In this document: positions 1 to 9,803 of the stretch, piece after piece | Position numbering within the stretch: the first letter of the stretch is position 1 | Layout: each line of letters begins with the position of its first letter | NCBI GenBank assembly: GCA_963662795.1 | Contig: OY759746.1 | Span: 2,503,817 to 2,567,816, forward strand | Origin: Spirochaetia bacterium | GTDB taxonomy: Bacteria > Spirochaetota > Spirochaetia > CADAEX01 | Reading direction: 5' to 3' | Length of the DNA stretch: 64,000 nucleotides | Position numbers and translations under genes: made by a program | Notes under the pieces: model-generated | Told to the model about the DNA's origin: nothing | Databases searched by the model: none | What the model saw: only the letters and a program-made list of their open reading frames with translations

Positions 1-963
1 CTGAAGAATTCTCAGAAGTTTTACCTGTGTTGTAGGGGAGAGGTCTCCGATTTCATCCAGGAATATTGTTCCCCCGTCAGCAAGCTCAAAGCGTCCCTTT
101 CTTGTAGAAAGGGCTCCTGTAAAAGCACCTTTTTCGTGGCCGAACAGCTCGCTTTCTATAATTGTTTCCGGCAGAGCCGCGCAGTTTACCTTTATCAGAG
201 GCATATCAGAGCGTTTACTGTTGTAATGGATCGCGTTTGCTATAAGTTCTTTCCCTGTACCGCTTTCTCCCCTTATAAGAACAGTAGCCTCGCTCCCCGA
301 AACCTGTGCAATAAGGTCAAAGACTTCCTGCATTGCGGTAGAACTTCCTATTATGTTCTTGGGCTTGAATTTATTCTTAAGCGCGTTCTGGAGTCTTTCG
401 TTTTCATGTTTGAGCTTTTCCTGTTCTTCCTGGTATGTTCTCCTGAGTTCGGCGGCGAGGGCTATCATTGAACCGATTATGGAAAGAAGTTTTGCGTCCT
501 CTTCAATGCTGAACCCTTCTGAGGTTTGTCTCTGGCAGCTTATCGTTCCTATGGTTTCTGTCCCTATTTTCACGGGAATACAGATAAAAGACTGATTTTT
601 CCATTTTTTCCTTGATTCTGTTTTGTCCAGAAAAAGAGGATTGCCCGAGACATTTTCGATTGTAATCGGCTCTCCCGTCTCAATAACTTTACCTGTTATT
701 CCTTCTCCTACCTTGTATTTTATTTTTTCCGCAAAAACTTCACTGATTCCGTATGATGCTTCGATTGATATTTCCCTTGAATGCCTGTTAAGCAGTGTTA
801 TGGCTCCCTGAAGCATCTCCATCGACTGGACAGTGTGCTTTATTATGGGAGAAAGGGCCGTCTGCATGTTTTCGCTTTTCTGCAGGATCTGGCTTATATC
901 AAAAAGCAGGGAAAGTTCCTGAATTTTACGTCTGTAATGTTTCGAAGGAATTGAATCTGGCAT
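1..963 (-). CDS. sigma-54-dependent transcriptional activator (N-terminal GAF-like sensor + AAA+ domain); 3' end cut by the window edge
   Basis: Absent from the ORF track because it has no stop inside the window. My minus-strand translation from ATG (rc of 961-963) stays open to base 1. It contains Walker A GESGTGKE, the sigma-54 contact loop GAFTGA (rc of 112-129) and [12 protein letters not shown] (Walker B). Confidence 0.85.
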   Translation of the reverse strand, partial: MPDSIPSKHYRRKIQELSLLFDISQILQKSENMQTALSPIIKHTVQSMEMLQGAITLLNRHSREISIEASYGISEVFAEKIKYKVGEGITGKVIETGEPITIENVSGNPLFLDKTESRKKWKNQSFICIPVKIGTETIGTISCQRQTSEGFSIEEDAKLLSIIGSMIALAAELRRTYQEEQEKLKHENERLQNALKNKFKPKNIIGSSTAMQEVFDLIAQVSGSEATVLIRGESGTGKELIANAIHYNSKRSDMPLIKVNCAALPETIIESELFGHEKGAFTGALSTRKGRFELADGGTIFLDEIGDLSPTTQVKLLRILQ

Positions 964-1049
964 GGAATATATGCTACAAATTTGTAGGTGAAATTTCAAG
1001 CTGATTTTAGTGCGGATTAGCATTAAATAAATTAACTTACAGGATTATT

Positions 1050-1700
1050 ATGATAAAAAACAAACTTGTTATTTTTGATTACGACGGGGTGATTGCCGAT
1101 TCTCTTTCTTTATGGATAAATGCATTTGCGGATGCCGGTGTTATCAACAATATTCCCTACAGGCTTACAAAAAAAGAGATAAGCCGGCTTGAGCATATTA
1201 CATTCGGATCTATTTTAAGCCAGGCAGGCCTGGATAAGCATGAATCTGTTTCAAAGTATGTCCAGGATATAATAGCCATATTTGATAAAAAAACTGACGA
1301 TGTAAAATTTTTTCCCGGAATTGGAATGCTGATGGAAAATCTTCACAATGCCGGAAATATAATCTGCATAAACACTGCGAATAATTCTGCGGTAGTCAGA
1401 AAAAGACTTGAGTCAGAAGGACTGATCTCTTTTGTCTCGGATATTGCGGGAGGAGACCACGAAGGGAGCAAGTCGGATAAGATACTTCTTTTTCTGGCTA
1501 ATTACGGGTTTGATAAAAAGAATGCTTTCATGATCGGGGATTCGCTCGGAGACATTACAGAGGGGAAGAAAGCCGGTGTCAAAACAGTTGCGGCAGGCTA
1601 CGGCTGGCAGGAATCTGAAAAACTTATGTCGGGGCAACCTGATTTTTTCTGCAGTACGCCGGAAGATCTTGGATCATTGTTTTTATCAGATGTCTGCTGA
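1050..1700 (+). CDS. HAD-superfamily hydrolase (phosphoglycolate phosphatase-like)
   Basis: N-terminal DxDG motif (IFDYDGVIADS) and C-terminal GDSLGDI motif typical of HAD phosphatases. Confidence 0.75.
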   Translation: MIKNKLVIFDYDGVIADSLSLWINAFADAGVINNIPYRLTKKEISRLEHITFGSILSQAGLDKHESVSKYVQDIIAIFDKKTDDVKFFPGIGMLMENLHNAGNIICINTANNSAVVRKRLESEGLISFVSDIAGGDHEGSKSDKILLFLANYGFDKKNAFMIGDSLGDITEGKKAGVKTVAAGYGWQESEKLMSGQPDFFCSTPEDLGSLFLSDVC

Positions 1701-3176
1701 AATCTTCCGGCCTGACTGATTTTCTGCGGATGCAGGGATTATTATACTGAAACGGACAATCCTGTTCCTCCCTTTTTTAGTGTTTTCCGCTGTAATAACT
1801 CCTCCGTGTTTTTCTACCGCGGCCTTTGCTATTGTCAGCCCGAGTCCTGATCCCCTGGTCGACCTGCTGAACTCACCCCTGTAAAGGCGGTCGAAGATTC
1901 TCTTTATTTCCTTTTCAGGTATTTCTCCCGGATTTTCCACAGATATAACGGCGCTGCTGCCGGACCGGGATATTGAAATCCTGATTTTTGCCCCTTCCGG
2001 ACTGTACTGGATGCTGTTCTGAGCAAGATTGCTTAAAGCCCGCGTTAATAGATTGACATCACATCTGATTATAAAATCATCATTTTCAATCTGCAGGGTA
2101 ACCCCTTTTTCCTTTGCCTGGACCGCGAACCTTTCCCTTAATACATCTGCGAGTTCTCCTGATGAAATATCTGAAAGGACAAGTGCAGCTTCCGGAGATT
2201 CAATATTTGTGAGCCGGTTCATGTCCTCGACAAGATGTTCAAGTCTGCCTACTTCTGCGAGCAGCATCTCAAGCCTCTTGCTGTCCGGTTTGAGTACGCC
2301 GTCGGCCATGGCTTCCAGCTGCGCCTTTATTGCAGTTGTCGGAGTCCTTAAGTCATGGGCAATATCCTGTGTCCATTGTTTTCGAGCCCTCTCTTCTCCT
2401 GAAAGCCTCTCCTGCAATATAAGCGCACTTTTACTTATTGTTGCAATCTCATTGGAACTGCCATCGGGGAATTCAACATCCCGGCTTCCGGCTGCGAGTT
2501 TTTCAAGCCCGCCTGAAACAGCGGATGCCTCTTTTGTGATCCTTCCTGAAATAAGCGATGTTGAAAGTATCGCTGCCACGACAGATAATGTGATTCCGAT
2601 AAAAAGCGTAAGGAATACAGCCTGAAGAAGCCTGCGGTTAAGGCCGTCCTCTGTCTCAAACCTCGAGGATTTTACCCAAATATACGCGGCCGTACGTCCT
2701 TCCAGTATAACCGGGGTAAGCGCCTTGAAAAAATCAGGCATCATTTCCATATGCGCATCAGGCATCATCATCCCCGGTCCATCCCTCCTGTTCATTCCCG
2801 GCCCGCCTGGCAGGTAGGTATTTCCGCCGGGCCACCGCTGGGCAGGGGGCATCATCATGCCGGGAGGAATCCGGTTTCTCTTTATATTATGCGACAGGAT
2901 GATATTCCCGTCAGGTGAAAAAACAATAAGCGAGAACCTCTCTCCGAGATGCTGCTCAAGTGCTTTTTTTATCCCTGCAACTGAAAAATTATCAGATCTG
3001 CTGTAGAATTTTTCAAGTGTTCTTGCAATTGAGGATGCATACCTTGCCTCTGAAGCCCTGTACCACCCTTTAAAGGCAATATTCAGGCCGGAAAAGATAA
3101 TTACAGATACAAAAATGAGAAATATGGCAAGACTTGCTGAAAAGGAAAGTATTATTTTCTTTTTTAATGATGCCAT
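1686..3176 (-). CDS. sensor histidine kinase (2 TM, HAMP, HisKA, HATPase_c) with a Met/Pro/Gly-rich extracytoplasmic loop
   Basis: H-box HDLRTPTT, N-box LAQNSIQYSP and G-box GSGLGLTIAK. There are two hydrophobic segments. The stop of the upstream response regulator is 4 nt before this start. Confidence 0.9.
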   Translation of the reverse strand: MASLKKKIILSFSASLAIFLIFVSVIIFSGLNIAFKGWYRASEARYASSIARTLEKFYSRSDNFSVAGIKKALEQHLGERFSLIVFSPDGNIILSHNIKRNRIPPGMMMPPAQRWPGGNTYLPGGPGMNRRDGPGMMMPDAHMEMMPDFFKALTPVILEGRTAAYIWVKSSRFETEDGLNRRLLQAVFLTLFIGITLSVVAAILSTSLISGRITKEASAVSGGLEKLAAGSRDVEFPDGSSNEIATISKSALILQERLSGEERARKQWTQDIAHDLRTPTTAIKAQLEAMADGVLKPDSKRLEMLLAEVGRLEHLVEDMNRLTNIESPEAALVLSDISSGELADVLRERFAVQAKEKGVTLQIENDDFIIRCDVNLLTRALSNLAQNSIQYSPEGAKIRISISRSGSSAVISVENPGEIPEKEIKRIFDRLYRGEFSRSTRGSGLGLTIAKAAVEKHGGVITAENTKKGRNRIVRFSIIIPASAENQSGRKISADI

Positions 3177-3179
3177 GTC

Positions 3180-3884
3180 CTATCCTGATATCTTTCCGTC
3201 AAACCTGTAGCCGAACCCCCTGACTGTTTTTATCCAGTTTTGGTTTTTCATTTTTGACCTTATATTTTTTATGTGTGTATCAACAGTCCTTTCCGATCCT
3301 TCATAAAAATAATCAAGGCATTCTCCAAGGATCTTTTCCCTTGAAAGAAGTATCCCTGCATTGCCGGCAAGGTAATCTGTTATTTTCCATTCCGCTGCAG
3401 TAAGATCCACTGTTTCCCCGTTTTCCATTACGGTGTGACTCTCCTCATCAATTTTAAGTGTCATTCCGTCAAGGGTCCAGACTGATTTTCCGTTTCTCCC
3501 TTCCGCCTCAGATCCGGCCGGCTTATGAGTCCGTTTCAGAACTGCCTCAACCCTTAGTACCAGTTCCCGCGGTGAAAAAGGTTTTACAACATAGTCATCA
3601 GCTCCGATCTCAAACCCTGTTATCCTGTCTGATTCCTGGTCCCTTGCAGTAAGAAAAATAAACGGGATATCATTTTTTTTCCTGATCTGTTTCGCGAGAT
3701 TAAACCCGCTGCCGTCAGGCAGCATTATGTCGATAATAATTAAATCAGGCTGTTTTTTACTGACAGAGTCAATTACCCCGTCAAGTTTTGCGAACCTGAC
3801 GACTTCATGCTCGTTAAGCTCAAGATAACCTTTTACCGCTTCGCTTATTGCATCGTTATCCTCAACAATATATATTCTTGCCAT
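3180..3884 (-). CDS. OmpR-family response regulator (receiver + winged-helix)
   Basis: MARIYIVEDND...DLIIIDIMLPDGSG receiver and C-terminal RGFGYRF winged helix. I moved the start to ATG at 3884 (M35 of the track ORF), because the upstream extension is hydrophobic, AT-rich junk. Confidence 0.9.
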   Translation of the reverse strand: MARIYIVEDNDAISEAVKGYLELNEHEVVRFAKLDGVIDSVSKKQPDLIIIDIMLPDGSGFNLAKQIRKKNDIPFIFLTARDQESDRITGFEIGADDYVVKPFSPRELVLRVEAVLKRTHKPAGSEAEGRNGKSVWTLDGMTLKIDEESHTVMENGETVDLTAAEWKITDYLAGNAGILLSREKILGECLDYFYEGSERTVDTHIKNIRSKMKNQNWIKTVRGFGYRFDGKISG

Positions 3885-3978
3885 ATATACAATATATGTG
3901 CAGTATTGAAAATAATAAATGATTATTTTGTGAAGATTCGGTGGAGAGAAGCGGGCGCATGTGAAGTGAATAATACCA

Positions 3979-5031
3979 ATGCTCATACCCGGAGAATGCG
4001 TAACTCAGGGTTTAAAGGCGGTTAATGGAAAGGTGAACAGCGGAATTGAAAAGAAAAGACTTTCAATATTAAAAATTCTTCAAGATTCGTCAGAGCCTTT
4101 GTCAAGCGCTGTAATAACAGAAGAGCTTAACAGGATGGGCAGCTCCATAAGCGAAAGGACTGTAAGGTTTCACCTCCTTGATATGGACCGCTGCGGGCTT
4201 ACAGAGCGGGCGGGAAAACTGGGACGGCTGATTACACCGCTGGGCTCTGATGAACTTTCAATTGCAAGAATACATGAGAAGGTGGGTTTTCTTACCGCAA
4301 GAATTGATGAGATGACCTGGCGGATGGATTACAATATCTGGAACGGCACAGGACGAATTGTCATAAATGTGACTCTTGTAAAAAACAGTGATTTACCCCC
4401 AGCTGTTCCCCTGCTCGCAAAAAGTTTTGAATCAGGTTTTACCATGGGTGAACTTGTGACAGTAATCAGGCCGGGTGAGACCGCCGGAACTGTAAAGATA
4501 CCATGGGACTGTACAGGTATCGGCACTGTAAGCTCAATCAACGTCAACGCGGTCCTTCTTAAAAACAGCATACCTGCTGTTTCTTTATTCGGCGGCATTC
4601 TTGAGATATCAGACATGAAGCCCCAGAGATTCCTTGAGGTGATAAAATATGACGGGACAACTATCGATCCCCTTGAGATATTCATTAAAGGGAGAATGAC
4701 AGATATCCGGGGTATTACTGAAACCGGAAACGGCAGGGCAGGCGCAAGTTTTATAGAAATGCCGGGCGTGAGCAGGAAAGAGTTTATTGATATCAACAAT
4801 GCTGTACGTGCGGCCGGACTCGGCGGCGCCCTTGCCGCCGGATGGCCTGGAAAGGAACTGCTTGGGATACCGGTAAACGAAGGAAGAGCGGGAGGAATTG
4901 TCCCCGGGGGGCTTAATGCTGTTGCTTTTCTTGAGGAAAACGGCATTGAAGTAAAATCCCAGGCCCTTTCCTGTCTGATGGATATAGGAAATATGTTCAG
5001 CTACAGGGAGCTGAAGAACAGGCTTAAATAA
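3979..5031 (+). CDS. nrpR: NrpR-like nitrogen regulatory repressor (winged HTH + one DUF128/NrpR domain)
   Basis: N-terminal KKRLSILKILQDS..ISERTVRFHLLDMDRCGLTER..GRLITPLG matches my recollection of methanogen NrpR wHTH proteins, followed by about 250 aa of NrpR-type domain. The gene lies directly upstream of gltBD. The exact start is uncertain (GTG at 4033 is also possible). Confidence 0.65.
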   Translation: MLIPGECVTQGLKAVNGKVNSGIEKKRLSILKILQDSSEPLSSAVITEELNRMGSSISERTVRFHLLDMDRCGLTERAGKLGRLITPLGSDELSIARIHEKVGFLTARIDEMTWRMDYNIWNGTGRIVINVTLVKNSDLPPAVPLLAKSFESGFTMGELVTVIRPGETAGTVKIPWDCTGIGTVSSINVNAVLLKNSIPAVSLFGGILEISDMKPQRFLEVIKYDGTTIDPLEIFIKGRMTDIRGITETGNGRAGASFIEMPGVSRKEFIDINNAVRAAGLGGALAAGWPGKELLGIPVNEGRAGGIVPGGLNAVAFLEENGIEVKSQALSCLMDIGNMFSYRELKNRLK

Positions 5032-5184
5032 ATTTTTACTCACTTTTAAGGCAGGTTATTGCCTGTAGTCCGGCAATATTGCCGTAACAGTAGATGAAGA
5101 TTCCTTTGCAAATATTAAATAAATAAAAAATATCCAATAACTCTATAATAGAGAATATCCTTTAGCCCTTTCTGTTATACTTAA

Positions 5185-5213
5185 TTGACAAAAAATACTG
5201 GTGATGTTAGATT
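5185..5213 (+). promoter_or_regulatory. candidate sigma-70 promoter for gltBD: TTGACA-N17-TAGATT
   Basis: TTGACA at 5185-5190, a 17-nt spacer, and TAGATT at 5208-5213. This sits 43 nt upstream of the gltB ATG. Confidence 0.45.
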
Positions 5214-5255
5214 CCTGAAAATCAAACGGCAAGTCATTGCCGTGAGGAAGGGAAT

Positions 5256-8200
5256 ATGTCTGAAAAAACACTTTATGACCCCTCTTTTGAGCACGATAAC
5301 TGCGGAGTCGGCTTTATTGCGGATATAAGCGGAAAAATCTCCCACGATATTATTGAAAAAGGGCTTCTGATTCTGAAAAACCTTGAACACCGCGGAGCGT
5401 CCGGAAGTGATTCAAATTCCGGTGACGGGGCAGGGATCCTTTCCGGGATACCTCATGATTTTTTTAAAGCTGTCGCTGCCAGGTCAGGAATAACCCTCCC
5501 GAAGCAGAACTCATACGGTGTCGGGATGCTGTTTATGCCCCGAAACCCCTCACAGGCAGAAGAAATTGAAAAAGATATTACAGAAATAATTAAAAGCCGC
5601 GGAGGTGAAATTCTTTTATGGCGCAGTGTTCCTGTTGCGCCTGAATGCCTTGGAGAGACTGCTTTACTCTCAAGACCTTATGTCAGACAGCTTGTCATGA
5701 AAATCGGATCGCTCTCGGGAGATGATCTTGAAAAAGAGCTTTATATTATAAGGCGGAGCATAGAGAAAAAGGAAGAATCAAATTATTCAATAGAAGATTT
5801 TTATATCCCTTCTTTTTCCGCATATACAATTGTCTATAAGGGGCTTTTTATTGCGCCCCAGCTGGAACAGTTCTATCCTGACCTCACGGACAGCCTTTTC
5901 ACGAGCTGCTTTGCGGTAGTTCACCAGAGATACAGCACAAATACATTTCCATCATGGCAGCTTGCCCAGCCTTTCAGGTATATTGCCCATAACGGGGAAA
6001 TCAATACGATCCGGGGCAATGTAAGCAGGATGAAAGCCCGGGAGCAGACAATTATCGCGGAAAGCAGTGACCCTTACTATGAAAAAGTAATGCCTGTCAT
6101 TAATGACGCTTTAAGCGATTCAGGCTGTTTTGATAATGTTTTTGAACTTCTTTTAAGGAGCGGCAGAAGCGCCGCCCACACGGTAATGATGATGATCCCC
6201 GAGCCGTTCAGCAGCGAGTATCATATAAGCCAGGACAGGCGGGCTTTTTACCAGTATCACGCGGCCCTTATGGAGCCGTGGGATGGGCCGGCCGCCCTTG
6301 TTTTTACAGACGGAAAGATGGCAGCCGCTTCGCTGGACAGGAACGGACTCCGGCCTGCCAGATGGACAATTACAGGAGACAACAGGTTTATACTTGCCTC
6401 TGAAGCCGGCGTTATTCCTCTTGAAGATGAAAATATCAGAAGTACGGGACGGCTTTCCCCGGGAAGGATGGTTATAGTTGATTTTACCAAAAAGAGGGTT
6501 CTTTATGATAATGAAATCAAGGCATCTGTTACCAGGCAGAAGCCTTACCGGAAGTGGCTGGGAGAAAATCAGATTGATCTAAAGAACATGCTTCAGCTTC
6601 CAGGGGAAAATATTATAGAAAAACCGGATGTGAATCTTCTCTCTTCCGTTTTCGGCTATACAGGGGAGGATTTTGCCATAACACTTAAAACAATGGCGGA
6701 AACGGGGCATGAGCCTGTAATTTCAATGGGGAATGATACTCCCCTTGCAGTCCTTTCAAAAAAGCCCCAGATGCTGTATCCGTTTTTCAGGCAGTTTTTT
6801 GCACAGGTTACAAATCCCCCCATCGATCCGCTCAGGGAAAAGATTGTAATGTCGCTTATGAGTTTTATAGGGAGGGAGAGAAACCTGCTTGAGGAGACTC
6901 CTCTGCACTGCAGGCAGATCAAGCTGAACCATCCTGTTCTTACAAACGATGATATTGCAAAACTTATCGAAATTGATCTTGAAGGGCAGCGGACGGAAGT
7001 CCTTAAAATGTTTTATTACTGTACGGATAAATGCGCGGAGCAGCTTGATGAGGCGCTTACAAGTCTGTGCCTGAGGACAGAAGAAAAAATTGACATGGGA
7101 GCGACATTTGTTGTCCTTAGCGACAAAAATCTTGAAAACCGGCAGATACCCATTCCCGCGCTGCTTGCTGTTTCGGCAGTGCATAATTACCTTGCCTCAA
7201 GAAAGAAAAGACAGCTTGCGGGGCTGATAGTGGAAACCGGCGAGGCCAGGGAGGTAATGCACTTTGCCGCGCTTATCAATGCCGGCGCAAGCGCGGTAAA
7301 TCCCTATCTTGCATTTGAGCTTATCAGTTATATGAAGGAAAACGGAAAGATTGAGGATGATATCAAGCTGGACACGGCATTTGAAAACTATATTGAAGCA
7401 ATAAAGCAGGGTCTGTTAAAGATTATGTCAAAAATGGGGATATCGACCATAAGAAGCTACCGGGGAGCAAAGACTCTTGAGGCGGTAGGGCTTTCATCTG
7501 ATTTTATCAGCCGGTTCTTCCCGGGGATTGTTTCAAGGATCGGCGGTATAGGTCTTGACGAGATCGCATCCTCTGCCGCTGAAAGATACACACAGGCGGT
7601 CCGGACCGCAATCAGCAGCAAGGCGGTGGATTTTCCTGAAAGTGCCGGGACGCTTCACTACAGAAGGGGAGGGGAACAGCATCTGATGTCGCCTGAGGCT
7701 GTTGTTTATCTTCAGCGTTCTGTCCGGAGAAGCGATTATGAACTTTATAAAAAATATACAGAGGAAATAGATAATAAGACCAGCAGAAACACAACGCTGA
7801 GATCTCTTTTCAGATTTAAAAAAGGGGATCCTGTCCCGGTTGACGAGGTTGAGAGGGAAGATTCAATTGTAAAGAGATTTGTTTCCTCTGCCATGTCACT
7901 GGGCTCCTTAAGCGTTGAGGCGCATCATACTCTGGCTGCGGCCATGAACGCTCTGGGCTCTTCCAGCAACTCGGGCGAAGGGGGAGAGGAAGAGTCAAGG
8001 GTATCAGGAAAAGAGAGCAGCGATGCTTCAGTACCTGTGTCCGATGCGGGGAAAATAAGACAGATAGCTTCGGCGAGGTTCGGAGTTACAAGTCATTATA
8101 TAGCAAACGCCAGAGAACTTCAGATAAAGATTGCACAGGGGGCAAAACCAGGAGAAGGGGGACATCTGCCGGGCTACAAGGTGAATGAACTTATTGCTTC

Positions 8201-9803
8201 GGTCAGGTATTCAACTCCCGGTGTTACACTTATTTCCCCTCCTCCTCACCACGATATCTATTCAATAGAAGATCTTTCCCAGCTCATATATGATCTTAAA
8301 AACGCCAATCCCGAGGCGCGTATTTCCGTAAAGCTTGTTTCAGAAGCCGGAGTGGGAACAATCGCTTCAGGCGTTGCCAAGGCAGGTGCTGACATGGTTC
8401 TCATCAGCGGACATGACGGCGGAACAGGCGCGGCACCTGTCTCATCTGTTAAGTATGCCGGGCTCCCGTGGGAACTGGGGCTTGCTGAAACACAGCAGAC
8501 ACTTGTAAAAAACAATCTCAGGAGCAAGATAAGAATTCAGACAGACGGGCAGCTTAGAACAGGAAGGGATATAGCAATTGCTTCACTGCTTGGCTCCGAA
8601 GAGTTCGGGTTTGGAACTGTCTCACTTGTCTGTCTGGGATGTATTATGATGAGAAAATGCCATAAAAACAGCTGTCCCGTCGGCATTGCGACCCAGGATG
8701 AAGAACTCAGGAAGAGGTTTGCAGGAAAGCCTGAACATTTAATGAATTTCATGATTTTTACGGCAAGGCATTTAAGAGAGATAATGGCATCGCTCGGCTT
8801 CAGGAGCCTTGATGAGATGACAGGCAGGTCAGATATGCTTGAAATCGATGATGAGAACCCTGTTATTGCAGAGAGAAAAATCAACCTTTCACGTCTGATC
8901 TCTTTTGAACCGGTTCCTGATGAAATGAGAAAATCTTCATTATCAGGAAACTTTAAAAGGGAAAAAATTGATTTTCACGACCCTGTCGAAGATGCACTTA
9001 TTGAATCTGTCCTTGAAAAAATCTATGCGGGAGAAAAAGCGGTTTTCAGTTCTGATATTTCAAACACAAACAGATCAATCGGAGCAAGGCTTTCATGGCA
9101 CGTGTCAGGTAAATTCGGCCCCCGCGGCATGGAAGACGGTATGGTAAAAGCCCGTTTCAGGGGAAACGCAGGGCAGAGTTTCGGGGCATTCCTTTCCGGG
9201 GGGATTACCTTTATCATAAAAGGTTCGCTTAACGATTATCCGGGAAAAGGACTTTCCGGCGGAATTATAGCGGCTTTCCCTCCCGATACCCTGAAATTCC
9301 GCGCGGGGAAAAACGTCATTGCCGGCAACGCAGCCCTTTACGGGGCTACCTCCGGAAGCGCATTCTTCTCCGGTATGGCGGGAGAGAGGTTCTGTGTGAG
9401 AAACAGCGGAGCTTTAGCTGTAGCTGAAGGGACTGGGGACCACGGCTGTGAATACATGACAGGGGGAATAGTTGTTATTCTCGGGAGAACAGGGATAAAT
9501 TTCGCTGCGGGAATGAGCGGCGGGACAGCCTATGTGCTTGATGAGGACCAGCTTTTTGATACGAGGTGCAACCTGGAGATGGTTGATATTGAACCTGTAT
9601 CCCTTGAACGGGATAAAAAAGAACTGAAAGCAATTATTTCAAAGCATGCTGACTATACAGGCAGCGAATTCGGGAGAAACATACTGTTTCACTGGGAGGA
9701 AATGTGGCCTCTCTTTGTAAAAGTAATACCATTTGAATACGGCAGCATAATGAGACCGTTATGGGAACGGGAAGAAAAGGAGCTTTGCAATGGGAAAGAA
9801 TAA
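5256..9803 (+). CDS. gltB: glutamate synthase large subunit
   Basis: 1515 aa. It has an N-terminal Ntn amidotransferase Cys (HDNCGVGFIA), an FMN/3Fe-4S central domain and a C-terminal GXGXG beta-helix region. Confidence 0.95.
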   Translation: MSEKTLYDPSFEHDNCGVGFIADISGKISHDIIEKGLLILKNLEHRGASGSDSNSGDGAGILSGIPHDFFKAVAARSGITLPKQNSYGVGMLFMPRNPSQAEEIEKDITEIIKSRGGEILLWRSVPVAPECLGETALLSRPYVRQLVMKIGSLSGDDLEKELYIIRRSIEKKEESNYSIEDFYIPSFSAYTIVYKGLFIAPQLEQFYPDLTDSLFTSCFAVVHQRYSTNTFPSWQLAQPFRYIAHNGEINTIRGNVSRMKAREQTIIAESSDPYYEKVMPVINDALSDSGCFDNVFELLLRSGRSAAHTVMMMIPEPFSSEYHISQDRRAFYQYHAALMEPWDGPAALVFTDGKMAAASLDRNGLRPARWTITGDNRFILASEAGVIPLEDENIRSTGRLSPGRMVIVDFTKKRVLYDNEIKASVTRQKPYRKWLGENQIDLKNMLQLPGENIIEKPDVNLLSSVFGYTGEDFAITLKTMAETGHEPVISMGNDTPLAVLSKKPQMLYPFFRQFFAQVTNPPIDPLREKIVMSLMSFIGRERNLLEETPLHCRQIKLNHPVLTNDDIAKLIEIDLEGQRTEVLKMFYYCTDKCAEQLDEALTSLCLRTEEKIDMGATFVVLSDKNLENRQIPIPALLAVSAVHNYLASRKKRQLAGLIVETGEAREVMHFAALINAGASAVNPYLAFELISYMKENGKIEDDIKLDTAFENYIEAIKQGLLKIMSKMGISTIRSYRGAKTLEAVGLSSDFISRFFPGIVSRIGGIGLDEIASSAAERYTQAVRTAISSKAVDFPESAGTLHYRRGGEQHLMSPEAVVYLQRSVRRSDYELYKKYTEEIDNKTSRNTTLRSLFRFKKGDPVPVDEVEREDSIVKRFVSSAMSLGSLSVEAHHTLAAAMNALGSSSNSGEGGEEESRVSGKESSDASVPVSDAGKIRQIASARFGVTSHYIANARELQIKIAQGAKPGEGGHLPGYKVNELIASVRYSTPGVTLISPPPHHDIYSIEDLSQLIYDLKNANPEARISVKLVSEAGVGTIASGVAKAGADMVLISGHDGGTGAAPVSSVKYAGLPWELGLAETQQTLVKNNLRSKIRIQTDGQLRTGRDIAIASLLGSEEFGFGTVSLVCLGCIMMRKCHKNSCPVGIATQDEELRKRFAGKPEHLMNFMIFTARHLREIMASLGFRSLDEMTGRSDMLEIDDENPVIAERKINLSRLISFEPVPDEMRKSSLSGNFKREKIDFHDPVEDALIESVLEKIYAGEKAVFSSDISNTNRSIGARLSWHVSGKFGPRGMEDGMVKARFRGNAGQSFGAFLSGGITFIIKGSLNDYPGKGLSGGIIAAFPPDTLKFRAGKNVIAGNAALYGATSGSAFFSGMAGERFCVRNSGALAVAEGTGDHGCEYMTGGIVVILGRTGINFAAGMSGGTAYVLDEDQLFDTRCNLEMVDIEPVSLERDKKELKAIISKHADYTGSEFGRNILFHWEEMWPLFVKVIPFEYGSIMRPLWEREEKELCNGKE

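Noticed and set aside
958-975. TGGCAT-N-ATATGC resembling a sigma-54 -24/-12 promoter. Also a GG-N10-GC element at about 3936-3953 upstream of the NrpR-like gene.
   Set aside because: In the first, GG-to-GC spacing is two nt too long. The second matches only the invariant dinucleotides, with no flanking consensus. Neither is credible without a sigma-54 consensus context.
1686-1700. Two convergent gene pairs each overlap by exactly 15 nt (1686-1700 and 19570-19584). RecD and IlvN converge with only an 8-nt gap.
   Set aside because: The overlap sequences are unrelated (TCAGATGTCTGCTGA vs TTAATCCCTTCCTGA). The equal length looks coincidental. The only consequence is that there is no room for intrinsic terminators.
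3885-3986. 34-aa N-terminal extension of the OmpR-type regulator in the track ORF.
   Set aside because: The extension (MSIGIIHFTCARFSPPNLHKIIIYYFQYCTYIVY) is AT-rich promoter-like sequence. The receiver domain begins at the internal MARIYIVEDND, as in all homologues.
4329-4946. Long antisense ORFs inside real genes. Examples are 4329-4946 (205 aa), 2029-2625, 22900-23550, 27426-28145, 43294-43767 and 52621-53346.
   Set aside because: Each lies wholly within, and antisense to, a gene with strong motif support. Their translations are low-complexity Ser/Pro/Ala/Ile-rich strings without motifs. These are typical shadow ORFs.
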